Part shown: positions 40,690-56,093 of the stretch, one piece after another
How positions within the stretch are numbered: the first letter of the stretch is position 1
Layout of the letters: every line of letters starts with the position of its first letter
Assembly (NCBI RefSeq): GCF_009914755.1
Contig: NC_060935.1
DNA: 64,000 nucleotides
Direction: 5' to 3' (one strand)
From: the human T2T-CHM13v2.0 reference genome, Homo sapiens
Position numbers and translations under genes: made by a program
The notes under the pieces: generated by a model
Told to the model about the DNA's origin: nothing
Database searches by the model: none
Seen by the model: only the letters and a program-made list of their open reading frames with translations

Positions 40690-41260
40690 GCTCTGCTGCT
40701 GTGGAAAAGGCACCCACAGCCAGACTCCCAGCCTCCCAGCCTGCTCCTTCTATGGTCTTCCCCATCCCAGTCAGTGCCAATGTGTCATCTTCCCAGTTGT
40801 TCTGGCCAAACTTTTGGGGTCGTTCTGACGTCTCTTTTTTTTCTTTTTTTAACATCCCATTCTTTATTCATACAAAATCCTATCAGCTCTACCTTCAAGA
40901 CATATTCAAAATCTTATAATTACACACCACGTCTACTGCTACCATCTGGGACCAAATCAGTCTCCTAACTGTCTTCTTCCATTGCCTCTAATTGTGTGTC
41001 CTGAACCCAGGCCAGAGTGATCATTTAAAGGTGTAAGCCAGATTACCTTCAAAACTTGCAATGGTCCTCATCCTATTCTCAGTAAAATACATGGCCTAAC
41101 TGCTCCCCTCCATTTTCCCCTATCCAATGCCTCTTTTTACAAGGCATAAGATCCAGAAAGATAGAAATTTACATCTAATTCTTTTACCACTGCATCTTTA
41201 AGGCATAGAATAGTACTTGGGATTGAGTGGGTGCTAAATAATTATTTGTTGGATGAATTA
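40690..41260 (+). mobile_element. L2 fragment
   Basis: aaatcctatcagctctaccttcaagacatattc...ggccagagtgatcatttaaa...gtgctaaataattatttgttggatgaat. Confidence 0.65.
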
Positions 41261-42189
41261 AGAAGTAGGAGGAGTTAAGAGTCTCAAAGCAAATGGTTGT
41301 GAGTTTCAGAGAGAGTGGTAGTTTGAGTAAAAAATGAAAGAGATACCGAGAAAGAATATTTTAGATGTTTTGTTGTACATTAAAAGGTACCCTGTCCCCA
41401 TTTATGTTTTCTTAAAACTGAAGAAAACTTGAAATTTCTTTCAGTTCTATCTTTTATCTGTTGGTATTTTGTGCTTTTGACTTAACAGTCTTCAAACACT
41501 GGATCATGTAGGATTTTAGTTAAATTCTGCTTATAAATTATTTGTACCATTGAGTGGGAGGTCAAAGGACATATGAAAAGCCCACACTGACTTTTGCCAT
41601 ATATCTGCACCCACTTGTTTGTAACTCTTTGATCTACATTCTAGCTCTGAGCCGCTCAGCAAAGCTACCTGCATCCTGATGCTATCCACAAAGGGAATTT
41701 ACCACCTTGGTCTAGGATCATGAAGCCTCATTGCCCTTCAGGTTGCCAGAGGACTGGGCGGACATCCAGCCTGCCAGGCAGCAGGACCTACAGGGTGTTT
41801 GCTCAAAGCCCTTGGCAAGCCCACTGCTCATGCTTGTGCAGCCTATTACAGTAATGGAGGTGAGGCAGATGAGAGTTTCCGAGGAACCGATCTCCCCGGA
41901 GTAGATTCAGTGCCTAGAATTTCTACGGAAGCCACCTGAGAAGAAAACAGGTCTATCTGAAGTCGAATGTGATTAACAAAACAAACAAAACAACAACAAC
42001 AACAAAAACACAGGCAGAGCTATATAACACTCAAAAAAGACAGAAAAAAAACCCTAATTCTTTCGTATCACTTTGGGAAATACTCCATTTCCCACTAAAA
42101 ATCAGTGATGAAAACAATCCCCTAAGGTGGCTGAAAACTAAGGGAACTCCAAATTTAGCTGAATTGTCACAGTGTCTCAGGATTGCTTT

Positions 42190-43770
42190 GAATTATTTTT
42201 TAAGTGTAAGTTTATTTATATATAATTTAAACTTAGAGGAAAAACATGATAAAATATCTTATAGAATGTTACCCAGATTCACTAATTGGTAACATTCTGC
42301 CTAACTTTATCATTTGTGCTCACATGTTTACTTCCTTATATAAGTAATTGAGAATAAATTATAAATCATTGAGAATAAATTTGAGCTATCATGCCCGTTT
42401 TTCCCCTAAAATACTTTAGTATTTGTTTCTTAAAAATAAGGACATTATTATTAATATATATATATATTTTTGAGACGGGGTCTCGCTCTGTCACCCAGGC
42501 TAGAGTGCAGTGGAACGATCTCGGCTCACTGCTACCTCTGCCTCTGGGGTTCAAGCAGCTCTCTGCCTCAGCCTCCCAAGTAGCTGGAATTACATGCACC
42601 TGCCACCACACCTGGCTAATTTTTGTATTTTTAGTAGAGACAGGGTTTCACCCTCTTGGCCAGTCTGGTCTTGAACTCCTGACATTGTGATACACCCGCC
42701 TCGGCCTCCCAAAGTGCTGAGATTACAGGTGTGAGCCACTGCACCCGGCCAAGGGCATTATTTACATAACCATAGAAAAATTCTCAAAATTAGGAAATGT
42801 TTGCATTATTATAGTACTACTATCTAATTCATAATTTCTATGCAAATCAATTTCTCAGTAGCATCCTTTATACTCTGTCATCCTGGTTCAGGAGCCAATC
42901 CAGAATCATACACTGCAATTGACTGTCAGGTATCTTTAGCTTCCTATAATCTGCAACCTTCCTCCAGCTTTCTTTCTTTTAAACCTTAAGTATTAAAGAT
43001 GCAGGCCAGTCAGTTTGTAGAATGTTCCTTAATTTAGGTATGCTGGATGTTTCTTCACTATTAGATGCAGGTTATGCATTTTTGGCAGGAATACCTAGAA
43101 GTGATCCTGTAATCTTCTCAGAGTATCTCATTAGGAGGCATGTGAAATAGGTTTGTTCCATTACTGGTGATGTTCACTTTGATTACCTGATTAAGGTAGC
43201 ATCTGGGAAGTTTCTAGTATACCAAGTTACTATTCATTTTTTCTTTGTAACTTATAAGTAATTTGTGGGAAGATATTTTAAAACTATACATATATATATA
43301 TGTATGTATCTTGTTCCTCCTCAGACATTCATCCAATAGTTTTAGTATTCATTGATGATTATTGCCTGAATCAATTATTTCTGTGGTGGTTGCAAAATGG
43401 TGATGTTTTGATTCCACCTTTTATTCTACATTGTTAGTTGGAATTATACTGTAGAAGATATTTTTTCCTTTTATTCCATGTAGTCATTCACTTATTCTGT
43501 TATCTATTTAATTCCATACAACTCATTAATTTTATTCTACTCAATGGATTAACATCTGCTATTTTTGTTACAGTCTGTTAAAAACCATTTAAAAAAATTT
43601 TTAATACTCAAATTATCCCAGATTTGGTTAATGGGAGTCCCTTCAAGTTGGCTCCTGTGTCATTTCAAATGTTCTGATGGTTTTGTGAGCACTTCTTTAT
43701 TTTGTGGACCATGAAGATGTTCTAGGTTCATCCTGCAGACCCTAGATCCATCCATTTCAGCAAGGAGTTT
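42190..43770 (-). mobile_element. Ancient L1 (L1MC4/L1ME-like) 3' region, split by an Alu
   Basis: ttacccagattcactaattggtaacatt; gatgcaggttatgcatttttggcaggaatac; aaattatcccagatttggttaatgggagtcccttcaagttggctcctgtgtc. Confidence 0.75.
42450..42750 (-). mobile_element. AluS
   Basis: Full dimer; TSD aaggacattatt / aagggcattatt. Confidence 0.95.
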
Positions 43771-46649
43771 GTGTTGCTACTGAATAGCTTATATACTTCT
43801 TTTCCTCCTCATTTATCTCACAGCTTGAACATTTAGGTGTTCTCATTGCCCTTGAGGAGAACCTGTGATGGACCAGAGCTTTCGGGGCCTTCTTATAACC
43901 ATGGTCCTAAGGTGTTCCCATAGACTAGCACTGAGCTGTGAAGGGACCAAAGCGAATTGGGCCCCATCGCAGATGCCCAATTCTCCCTCTCTTTCTCTCA
44001 CTCTCTCTTTCCCACCATATACCTATTTCTGACATAGGTAGTTTTTCGATGTTATGCTCATATGAGAAGTATTTACCTAGCTGAATTGGTCATGTGAGAG
44101 CCTGATTTTAAACCTACTGTGGGAGCACATTCGAGATAATTTCACTTGCCCTTGGGCTCAGAGTGACCAGTTTGGTAATCACTCTCAAAATAAAAAAAGT
44201 ATTATCAACTGTAGGAAATGAAAATGAAAGTAATGTACAATTGCAATGGAATACTAAGCAAGAGAAAGTGCTTAGATCAGAAGCAAACTAAGCTCTAACT
44301 CTGGAATAATTACAATAATACCAATAATAACTGATTCTAAAAGTATCACTGGAAAGTTTTGCAGCACTTTATCAAATGAAGTCTTCAAATAATATTCAAA
44401 AAGATGTTTCCAGAAGGGAATGGGGGCTGTCCAAGTTCCCCCATCCTTGGGGAACTGCAAGTGGAGGAGACATCAAATAGCAGCTTTTGTTTTCAACCTG
44501 AGTCTACAGGGGTGTGAAGTTTCCCCAGCAGGTGAAACACTCTTCAGAAAGAAACATGCCGCAGTCTGAGTCTCAGCTCTCCCTGATTAGCAAACTGTGA
44601 CTCAGGTGAAACTTCTGGACTGCAGGAACTACTTTTGAATATGTCTCTAAAAGTGGTAGTGCAGTGCCTGTTTCCATGTGTAGGAGGCCCTGTTCTTTCT
44701 GGGACTCTCTACTGACATAGCTGGGATATATGTCTGTCCTGGGCTTTGTTCACATCATATGAGCTGTAGGGAGGCCTCTATGAAGAAAATTCTGTCTTTT
44801 GAGAGTTCAGGGCCCAGGCTGGTGCAAGGACATGCCGGTTGTTTAACGGTGAGAGTTATAAACTGGAGTCTTTCTCTGTGTCAGGGCTGGCCTTCCTTTC
44901 ATGGAGTTTACACAATGGTCCTGATTAAAGTGGACTGAAAACTGGAAAGGAGACTGAATGCCTCCATTTGGTCAAGGAGACAGGATGGAGAGAATTGCTC
45001 AGTAGCAAGACTCATGGAGACATGGAAGTCAAGGGGGCTGAGAGGTGGTGAAGAGTCCTCCTAGAGGCCGCATGTATGGCCATCTGCCTTCACAAGATGC
45101 TCTCTTCTCACATGGAGTGGATTTTTACCATATGAAAAAAAAAAAAGTCTTGTCCCCAGTTCACTCCTGCTCAGTAGCACAGAACTCCCACTCACCCTGC
45201 AAGCAGCTCTGCAGTTCTTCCTTGAGGTGGCGGAGGCAGGAAGCTGGCTGACAGCTAAGTATTCCTGGCCATGCCTCCCTCTCCCAATAAAGTGCTCTCT
45301 GGCAGCCAGGAACACAGCAAAGTGCCCTCCTGCACAGACCCATGCATGGACGTGATCCAGTGGAGACCCTCCACCAAGCAAATGGCTGGTCTTGTTTTTA
45401 ATTCAAGTATTAAAATAGCAGTAATTTGGCACTGATTAGCAATGTTAGTCCCGAAGGCCAAAGGAGGACTGGCTTTCTGTGTGAGGCTCTAAACAATTAC
45501 TTCCTTTGGATAATCACTTTTTTAGAGGCCAACTGTGCATATAAATAGCACATCATGCCAGCGCTTGGCAAGTTTTTTATCAGCATCAACTCAGGCAACT
45601 TCTACAGCCATCGTGCCCCAGGCTCTATAAATGGCCCATCCCTCCAGCCAAGCCTGAGACAAACATACTGGCCAGGAGACTCCCAGAGAAGAGGCTGAGA
45701 GGGCTCAGGCACAGCTCCTCCTCAGATGCTCATGGTCCTTTGCTCAGGGGCCAAATTATCTATATCACTTATCTATGTATCTGTATAGATGTATCTAGTA
45801 TATAATATCTATATCTTTTCAAATATACATTTGGAATTCTACTATTTCAGAAGGGCCTTCTGTCCCTGATTTGAATGAACCTGGAGCCATATCAGTTAGG
45901 AATGCCATAATTAGACAGTAGGACTAGGAATGCAACCATCTACCCACTCCTGGGTCCCTTCATCCAAAGGTTACCAAGCGCTTCTTGGTACGCAGCCCAG
46001 CCCAGGGCACTGGGAATTAGTAACATACTTGAATATAAACAAAACCCTCCGATTTCAGCAGAGGGGAGAAACCATTCACCTGACATAGTGCAAACAGCAT
46101 AGGGCATATCAACAAGGTATAAACAGAGTCTTGCGGGACAATTTCAAAGTGTAAAATTCAGCCTGAGGAGGGGAGGCGAGGAAAACTTCACAAAGGAGAT
46201 GACTGAACTGAATCGTGAGTAATGAGAAGTTCACCAGTCAGAGAAGACAGGGGCAGAGGCTCACGTGAAGTCAGGATGGGGAAGACTGAGTTCCATGTTC
46301 ACGTCGCACAGGATGCACGTGGGAGTGAAGTGGGCGGTGGAGCAGGTAGCGGGAAAGGTGAGCGGGAAAGGGCAGGTAGGGCTGCAGGGAGAGAGGGGTG
46401 ATGCTGTGGGGCAGATGCAGGCTCTTCCTGCCAGTGCAGAATTGTGTGGAGTCAAAGGAAATGAAAGCTCTAGGTCCATCTTTTTATGCCTGTTCACTGC
46501 TTTGGGCCTGATCTGGAAGCCTGAAACTCAAAGACAGCAGAATCACCAGTCCTGCTTCACCACTACCCATAAAAGTTCAGGTTAAGAGCTGAGGTCTACA
46601 GTGAGCCTCTCAGCCTCTGGGTCCCCAGAGAATAGCTTCTTATCTATTG

Positions 46650-46740
46650 GCATATATACATGTATATGTGTGTATACATATTCTAACATATATATTTGTG
46701 TGTATACATACAAACACACATACACACACGCACACACATT
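46650..46740. repeat. (TA/CA/TG) low-complexity tract
   Basis: Direct read. Confidence 0.75.
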
Positions 46741-46909
46741 TACTGAGCAAAGCAGTTTGCATCTAATGTGTATAAATATCATTTCCATTTCAAAGACGAG
46801 TCAGTTAATAAACAAATACTTACAAAGCAGCTAAAATGGGCAAGGCCATAGGAACTAGGGTTACAGCAGCAGCATTGCCCTCATGGAGTTTAAAATCCAC
46901 TTGGAAACA

Positions 46910-47140
46910 TACAAGAGCTAAGCTTTCCCGAGCACTTACCCCATGCCAGACACAGCTTCAAGCATTTTTTATGAATCAACTGATAGGATTCTCTCAACCA
47001 CTCTAGACAGCAGGCATGGCTGCCTCCAGGGCACATGCTAGCTGAAGTGCAGCTATGTTGAGGCAGTCACCCAAGACCACCACCTAGGAAATCATAGTCA
47101 ATAATTGAACTCAGGAGACCTGGCTTCAGTGACTGTGCTT
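46910..47140. mobile_element. MIR
   Basis: gagcacttaccccatgccagacacag...gtcacccaagaccaccacctaggaa...ttgaactcagg. Confidence 0.55.
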
Positions 47141-47417
47141 TTAAGTAAGTGATTCTGTTCTTGAATGAATGAAATCAGTTTGGAGGGGTTAGTTTTGTGA
47201 ACATCACTCAGTAATTCTGATGTGTCAAGAGTTCATGCTTCGGCCAGTCTACTATGATCACATACATCTCAGAAGTTTTCCCAGCTGGTGAGAGATGATC
47301 TGTTTTCAGGACCAGAGCTTCCAATGGCCAGGAAGATACTGAACACCATCAGTTCTGATAGTCAGCCACAATTCTACTTACTTACGGTAATTCACTAAAC
47401 ACCCCATCATATTAATT

Positions 47418-47702
<285 letters not shown>

Positions 47703-50700
47703 TCCATCATATTCATTTAGCTATGGGATTTACCTAGCAAACCATAGCATTTCAATTAATCTATAACTGCACAGAGTCACTTCCTCTGTCTGGCAGAAAC
47801 TTTCTAGAAATTTCTACTCTGTCAGTCATCAAAACCTATGTTATTTACTCACCTATCTCCTTAGTGAATGCCTGCCAAGAATAGGTATTCGTTACGATAG
47901 ATAAAAGATATCCTCGGAATGTCCTGATACACTTCAGACAAGTCCCAGCTGGGAAAACTGGGATGTATGTGATTATAGTAGACTGGCCAAAGCATGAGCT
48001 CTTGACACAGATTAGAAGGGGGTGATAGGAATCCTGGGCCGAGGGTCAACATGGAGGAGTTAGAGACTGCTACATCTGTTTATTACTATTCACACAATCT
48101 CATTTTTACTCCCCAGGCTGGTGAGATCTGGGGAAACAGTTTGTATCTAATTAGATTACATTCTCATAAATCTTTTAATTTACACTTGATAACACTAAAG
48201 TTCATTTGTTTCATGCCTACCCATTTAAGGCTCTTGAAATCTGCCAGCATGTTTTCCAGATGAATACCATTTCATTTCTTGACAATCCTTAAGACCTTCT
48301 AAAATATTTGAGATTACAAAACGTCTTCTATTTGACAAGTGGTTTCAGAAAAAATGCCCCAAGCGACTTCTAATGTTAACATTTCTGTCCCCAGGAAAGT
48401 GATCATTTATAATTACGCCTTATTTTTGGCCCTTAAAAGTTACAAAATATTCATGCCATCTTCTTATGATTATTTGAAGCATATTGATGTAGGGCCTGGT
48501 CAAATGCTTATTGAAAACCCATATTTTCAAGGCTCCCATATTCTCATATATATCCATATAACATTTGAGAAAGCAACTTAGGAATAGTGTAAAATTGTTG
48601 TTCCTGGTAATAGTAGAGATAACACTAGTCGAATATGGGTAGTTGTCCTTGTCTACTGCACTGTGTTTCTGAAAAGAGCATGCATGGTGGTAATCATATA
48701 GACATGGACGGAGCTTGGGATTCTTGAATTCTAGTTCCAGCTCAGCTGCTGCTGGTTGCCCAACCTTGGGATAGTCTTGGGGGAGCAGTGGCTAATCTTC
48801 TTGGGACTTCCTGTTTTTAATCCATAGTAAGAGTGGTAGGGTAAAGTCTTCTCCAAGAAAAATGGGGTTTGCAGTGTCATCCTGCTGGCTAGTAACAGAC
48901 CTAGAATTGCTGAGTCAGATCTCTAGTTCCAAAACGTGAGCATGGAAGTTGTCAGGCACTTCTGGGCAGGAGGCCTCTGATTTCTGGTTGACGGTTCTCA
49001 CATCCTCCTGGGTGCTTAGATTTCTCACATTCCAGCACATGCACATGGTCTGACAGTGGTTCTTCATGAGGAGTGGAGGTGGGGAGCATGGAGAGTGTGT
49101 GAGAGCCACCTGGGCACCTTTTTGTCAAAATATACTTCCCCTCCCTATACCTTTCCTCTTCTCTCCAGCACAACTCAGCGTTGATTTACCTAGCTAGCCA
49201 CTTGTTAATTTCCAGATGATGCTGACATTCATCTCCCAAATCCACCTCAACTAGAAAATTCAACATACCTGCTGTCCCAGGTAAACTGGAATCTAGCATC
49301 TCTCTCAATAAAGGCTTAGCAAAAGTTCGCTGACACTGCTATGGCATTTGGCCCTACAGCCAGCGAGTAATTCTATTCTCCAGCTGCTTTCAGCATTATA
49401 AGGTATTCACATTCCCTTTTCATTTGGAAATCACTAGCAATGTGCTTCTAAAATACTGCAAAGATAGATATTCTAAAATTCTCTCAGAGCCTTCTGAAAG
49501 CAGAAATAATGTTTTTCCATGACTTTTTCCTACAAAGTGACTTGGAAAAAATATTTCAATCTGCAGAATCAATTCCCTCTCAGAGCAGTGCATACACTGT
49601 GACAACCCCAAGGACATGGATTTGAAGGAGAATTTTCTCCTATGACATCATGCAGTAAGAAATTCCCTCAATTCCAGACACTTTATTGATTATATGGTTT
49701 GGGATCAGCCAGCTCATTTGGGTGACAGATGATTCTTGCCCTTGTGCTACCCTTGTATTTCTCAGACTTTAAAAGATTTTGAAAAGATCATGAATATTAA
49801 ACAGAGACCCTGGGTGAAGAAATTCTCATGCTAGGGACCATATTGTTGTTTATCAAAGTCTGTTTGTGTTTTATTTAGATGCGTATTTGCTGGGTAGTCT
49901 TTTTATTGTTTGCCCTGGTGGAAATGACAACCCATAAACACATTTTACAAAATCTTTGCTTTTAAGATTTAAACAAGGGATGTGCCTGAGCCAAGGGCAG
50001 CACGCCTCCGAGGGTGACAAGCTATTCTGGACGGGTTCCCCACCTCCCTCCCCTGAAGCTGTTTTATCCAGGGCCATCTGGTCAGCCCGGCATGCTTGGA
50101 GGAGCAACACAGGGGTCCAGATGGATGGGTTCTTGGAGAGTTCTTTAAAAACCCATGCACCCAACCCCTGAATAACCATATGCCAAAAGGTCACCGCCTC
50201 CTGAGTGGCATCCTTCCTGGGTCTCTCTCTGTGGTTGTTCATTCGGATTCAGCACCCTGGTGCTTTAAGGGGTTATGGGGTTTTAATTAATTCATTATTA
50301 TAATTATCCTAAGTGCTGGTATCGTTGGTATCAACGTTCCATGTCATCTGAGGTTTCAGAAAATAAAACCAGAAGGAGGAAGTGGGATATACTGAGCGGT
50401 CTCTGTGCCAGACAAAAGCAGAGCCACCCCCAAGAAGTTGGCAGCATGAGTCGGGTCAAAGACTGTCAGTTTTGTCACTATCCTTCAACATGAATGCCAG
50501 CAATGACTACCACACCTTAAAGGCACAGAAAATGGTGTTATCTATGCTTTGCAGGTGGGTACCCAATGGAGAGAAGGAAATGTAAGAGAAGAGTGCAAAT
50601 GAGAGGGGGGATTAGTCTACTTCTCCCATACTTAAGCCATACCCTCAGGAAATTTAGAAAAAAAAAAGGCATTTTAAGAAAGTGAATTTATTCTCTGATT

Positions 50701-52000
50701 CTCTTAAGTCCAGCTTTCCCTGAAGGTGAAGGTTAAGCAGTCTGACATTTACAGTTGTCTCTCAGCCCTAGGGTTCCCCCATTTCGGGGGCTCTTTGCAA
50801 AGCTCTCAGCAAATTCATTAGGATGCAGCCAACCACAGCAGCCTGGTATCAGGACATCTCCTCTGCCCAGGGCACCCTAGACCCATCTTTATGGCTTGTC
50901 TGCTACATCACAGATTCAGTGGCCCCTCCCCAGAGAGATAAGTCAATGCAACCTCAACTGGTGACTTGCTATGAGTGGCACACACTTCACAAGGGTCCCT
51001 CAACAGTGTGAAAAATCTCATTAAAGCCTGACATTTGCTGAGCATCCCCAGAGGGCAAAGGTGTCCGTTCCAATCACAGAGCCCCACTGCAGAGCCCAGC
51101 AGACAGTATGGGGGCATTGAGACTGAGCTGTTATCTTCAGGCCCCTTGTTCCTCAGCCTTCATCACGTTCTGCAACCCTGAAAGGCTCATGAACCCTTGC
51201 AGAACCCATCTGATTTGGATCCTCAAAATATTTTCCTCACCTCCGCCCTCCCATCATTTTCCTCATAGTCTCCTTGTTCAATAACTTTGCCAGTAGTTTG
51301 TTCAAAACCAGTGTAGGAACCTGAATAATCTTTCCATTCAATTTCTTTCTACTTGCAAGAGAATGGAGAGACCTAAGGAAGAGAGGTCTTCCCAGTGGAC
51401 ACCCAATGAGGAGTCACTTCTTTCCTGTGTGTACTTGGACATATTGGGCAGTTGTCTCTGCTTAAACCCCATATGGGTTGGGAATTCATACAAATAAGGA
51501 CAAAAAGCCCCAATGGCCTAAGCTCCCCATTGTCCAGGCAACCGTTTGGAATGGCGATTGTAATCACTGGAGATATACTGATTGGCTACAATCCTGGTTC
51601 TAAGAAGCAACGTCGGGAGGTAGCTCCTTTCTCAATGCTTTGGATGTGTAGAGAGGGTATTTAAACTACCCCAGGAAGTTGAGGAGGTCACTTTATTATA
51701 TAGACTTGCATCCATTTTCCCTAAGTGAAAACATCCCTTCCCTGGATTCAGTTGTGGTTAATTAATCAAAGCCATTCCCAGTGTCTATGTTTGAGCTTTA
51801 CCTACCAGAACTCTTTGTAATTCAGCCTCTATCTCTTTTTCTCTTCCTCTCTACCCCACCAATGCTGCAAACATTCTAGCATTTACTGCATCAGCTACGT
51901 ATTCATGTTTTACATACAGAATCACTACTTTTCACCAAAGCCTGCAAGATATTTATATCATCATTCTATAATCCCTCCCCTAATGGTTGTATGTGAACTG

Positions 52001-52969
52001 TGTATTAGTGTTCTCCAGAGAAATAAAACTAATAGGATATATATATATATAAAAAATATAGACACATGTATATATATAGTGTGTATATATACACTATATG
52101 TAGTATCTAGTATATAGTATATATACATGTGTCTATATATACATGTATATGTATAGTATATGTATATAGTATATATAGTATATATATAGTATATATATAC
52201 ATGTATATATAGACACATGTATATAGTATATATACATGTATATATAGACACATGTATATAGTATATACACATGTATATATAGACACATGTATATAGTATA
52301 TACACATGTATATATAGACACATGTATATAGTATATACACATGTATATATAGACACATGTATATAGTATATACACATGTATATATAGACACACGTATATA
52401 GTATATACACATGTATATATAGACACATGTATATAGTGTATATATATACATGTATATATAGACACACGTATATATACATGTATAGACACATATGTGTATA
52501 TATACACTATATATATACTACATATACACATGTATATATATGTACCATACACACACACACACACACACATATATGAGAGAGAGAGAGATTATAGAAATCG
52601 GCTCACATAGAGGTTGAAAAGTGCCACGTTCTGTTGGAGAACCAGAAAAGCAGGAAAGCCAGTGGTATAAATCAGTCTGAGTCTGAAGGCCCAAGAATCA
52701 GGAGCATTAAGGTTCCAGGTCTGGAGAAGGCGATGTCTCAGCTCAAACAGAAGCACATTTTCCCTTCCTCTGTCTTTGTGTTCCACTCAGGCCCTCGATG
52801 GACTGGATGATGCCCACGCACACTGTGAGGGTGATCTGAATTCAGCCTGTCAGTTTCAGCGCTCATCTCTTCCAGAAACACCTTCCCAGACACACCCAGA
52901 AATAATGTGTCACCAGCTATCTGGCATCTTTTAGCTTCGTTGAATTGACACATAAAATTAATCATCACA
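52001..52969 (-). mobile_element. MLT2 (ERVL) LTR with internal AT-rich expansion
   Basis: tgtattagtgttctccagagaaa ... ccagaaacaccttcccagacacacccagaaataatg...ttgacacataaaattaatcatcaca; TSD aactg/aacag. Confidence 0.88.
52037..52588. repeat. AT-rich 35-bp minisatellite plus (TA)n/(CA)n/(GA)n tracts
   Basis: agacac anchors at 52211, 52246, 52281, 52316, 52351, 52386, 52421 (35-bp period); inverted copy at ~52117-52140. Confidence 0.93.
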
Positions 52970-53823
52970 AACAGCACACAGAAAAGCACAGAGGACAATG
53001 GACAAATGCATATGTGCCCATCATCTAAATGTAATGTGTTACATTCTGTCACTTTTACTTTAGACATTATTAAAGAATGGATAAAAATCTTACAGATACA
53101 CTTTAAGTCTCTTTTGACTCCTTCTGCCCAATCCCATATAAGCAGCCACTATTGATGTGTATCTTTCAAGTCCATATTTTAAAATTCTTTCTGGGAGAAC
53201 AATGAAGTGATTGAGTAACTTGCCCAAGGCTACCCAGCTACACAAAGATACTGGGCCTGGAATTCCAGCTCCCTCCTGGGATTCGAAGCCATAGGGACCC
53301 ACGGGCACATGCAGGAGCTTGACAAAGGGGTAGCAATGGAAAAGGTGCATGTCATCACTGAAAAAGAGAGTGCCTGGAAGAGGGGCAGGTAGGGAGAGAT
53401 ATGGTTCTTTTTAATTCAGCATTCTGGCAGAGAAGTGGTGGGATGGTACTTTAGATGGCATCCACATTTTCACTGCATGGCCAGCTCTATTGACACTACC
53501 TCCTTTTTCCCATCTCCAAACTTTCAAAATATAATGAGAGTATCTGTAAACCTAGGAAAGGTAACAAGAAGCTGTCCTTAGATCTGCCCCTTTCCCTCTT
53601 TTGATCCATCATCTTGTACTTCTAGGCTTAAATGGCTTTGCCATGTCCTGCAGTGGATATTCTTCTAGATCCCTGGTAATTTAAAGTACTATTATTCTAA
53701 AGTTTCAAGAGCCAACCATTTTGGGTCTCCTTTGTATATCTGTCAAATGATGATAATTATAGGTCCTCTGAGTATCTCTTAGGGTCATTTGAAGGAGAAA
53801 ATGAGTCCAAAGTCATTTATCTT

Positions 53824-54129
<306 letters not shown>

Positions 54130-56093
54130 CTAATAAATATTTACTAATTATCTACAATGTGCACAGGCTTGTGCTACTAGGGATATAAATGTGAACAAAA
54201 CAAATTGCTGTCATCACAATTTATCATCTAATTAAGAAGAAAAAAAGAAAAACACTAAAATGTATTTTTCTAAAAGGGGAATATAAGGGACTATGCAAGC
54301 ATCAAGGAGGGGCACCTCATATGGACATAAGAGATAAATGATAACACAGGCTTCCAAACGGGGCTCTGAGTGACGGGTCTGGTTGGCCAGCAGAAGACGG
54401 GGTGATTATGCGCTTTGTTCCGCATATGGAAGACAATGTGGTTTTTAAGATAGGCTGGTCCTGCGGTTCAGGCACCCATCAGTCCACATCACCACAGCAT
54501 GACTGTTTTCCCTTGAGTTTTTTCAGGAATCCCTTATGTGATCTTCAGCTCCCCTCCTTGCTGTCCTTAGTCCTGATACTCTTTACCGCAGGTTTCCTCA
54601 CCCATTGGTCTCCAGCACCTCACAGTGACTGCTGAGAGTGGAGGCATACTGAAAACTGATGGAATAAAGGAACTAATGAAGAGTGCCAAATGCATTGGCA
54701 GCCCCGTCCCCTCATGCCCAAGGGATTCCTCAAATACCCCTATGGAGGTGGAATCCAGATTCATTGCTCTTCTGACAGTTGTCCTAATGCCTGCCTTGCA
54801 GAGTCAGTCTGAAGGAGCTGGCAAATAGCTTTCTCAGCCTCCCCTTCCATTTCGAATGTAAAAAGTAGGAGGGATGAAAAAATGGAAGGGGAATAATCTC
54901 CAGAAAGGGTTTCCTTTTATTCCTTTTGGAATCCACTTTTCTGTACCACTCCCTGAGCCAAGTTCTCCACTCCACAAAATGAACTTCTCCCTCATGTGTA
55001 GGGCATGGCTCAGACTTTCAAACGGTGTAGTCCCTGCCAGTGGAGAGGACCCCTGGAGGTATCTCAGAAGAAGCGTGAGTCTCCGAAGGAGCCTCAGATG
55101 CCATAGCTTGGCGTAAGCAGCCTTCTCATGGATGGGAGCTCTTTGTCTACTGACTGTGAACTCCAGGGTGGAAAAGATACAGATTCCCAGGCCTGTCAGT
55201 GTTGCTCCTGAGAAAAGCTGCATCTTTACAACGAGCTTTTCATTGACACCAGGAGAGGGAGAGCTGTTACTGTGACCAAGAGAGTGGAGAAGAAATGCCA
55301 GTCAAAATGAAGCTCTCATGAGGACCCCAGGAAGCCCTCTCTGTAGCCCGGGCTTCTGCTTCTGGCCAAAGTGCAGTAACAGGGACCAGTTTTGCCCTCC
55401 TACCTGAAACAATAAAAAAACACACAGAATATCTACAGCAATCATCTTCGAGGCCCTGAACATCAGGTGATGAGACAGAGGTCCGCGAGAGCTGGAAAAC
55501 AAAGTAAACCCACAGTTGTGACAACTCATTGCCTTAAGAGTTTACACAGGGGAAGGGGAAACAGGTGGGAACTGAAAGACTCTCTGAGTTGAAGAGATGA
55601 AGTTGAGAGTCTGGGGGAGATCAAAGCAGCTGGAGTTTCCAGAATGGAGTGCTAGAGAGGAGAGAGTTAGCTACACAGAGAGAGAGCTTCAGAGATCTAC
55701 AAAGAACTCCTCCCAAGTACTCAGTTGAGTACAGATCAGACCATGCACGTAAGGGAACTACCCAAGGCAGGGGAGAGGGTTAGTAGTAGCAGCACACAGG
55801 GCCAAGAAGAGTGCTTGCTCCTAGCCACCACGCAGGAAAGCCGTGTAATGCACCGGATATTGGGTAGAGTACACCGAAAGATTTTCAGTAAGGAGGGATT
55901 AGTCCTAAGTTCTGCCTAACACATTTCAGAGGCAAAACCCAAATGGATGAAATTATTTTCTTGTAATTCAAATGTATCCCAGGACAAAGGTCAATAATAC
56001 TTATAGAAAAATAGAAATATCTTGTGCACAACAAGATACAATTCCCCATGCCTGGCATTTAGTTTAAAAAGTATCAGGCATGTAAAGAAGCAA

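Noticed and set aside
51961-52570. Tyr/Ile/Cys-rich ORFs of 114-176 aa
   Set aside because: Translations of the AT-rich minisatellite.
54402-55529. Cluster of 60-129-aa ORFs on both strands
   Set aside because: No recognisable homology, no coherent splice structure; consistent with random ORFs.
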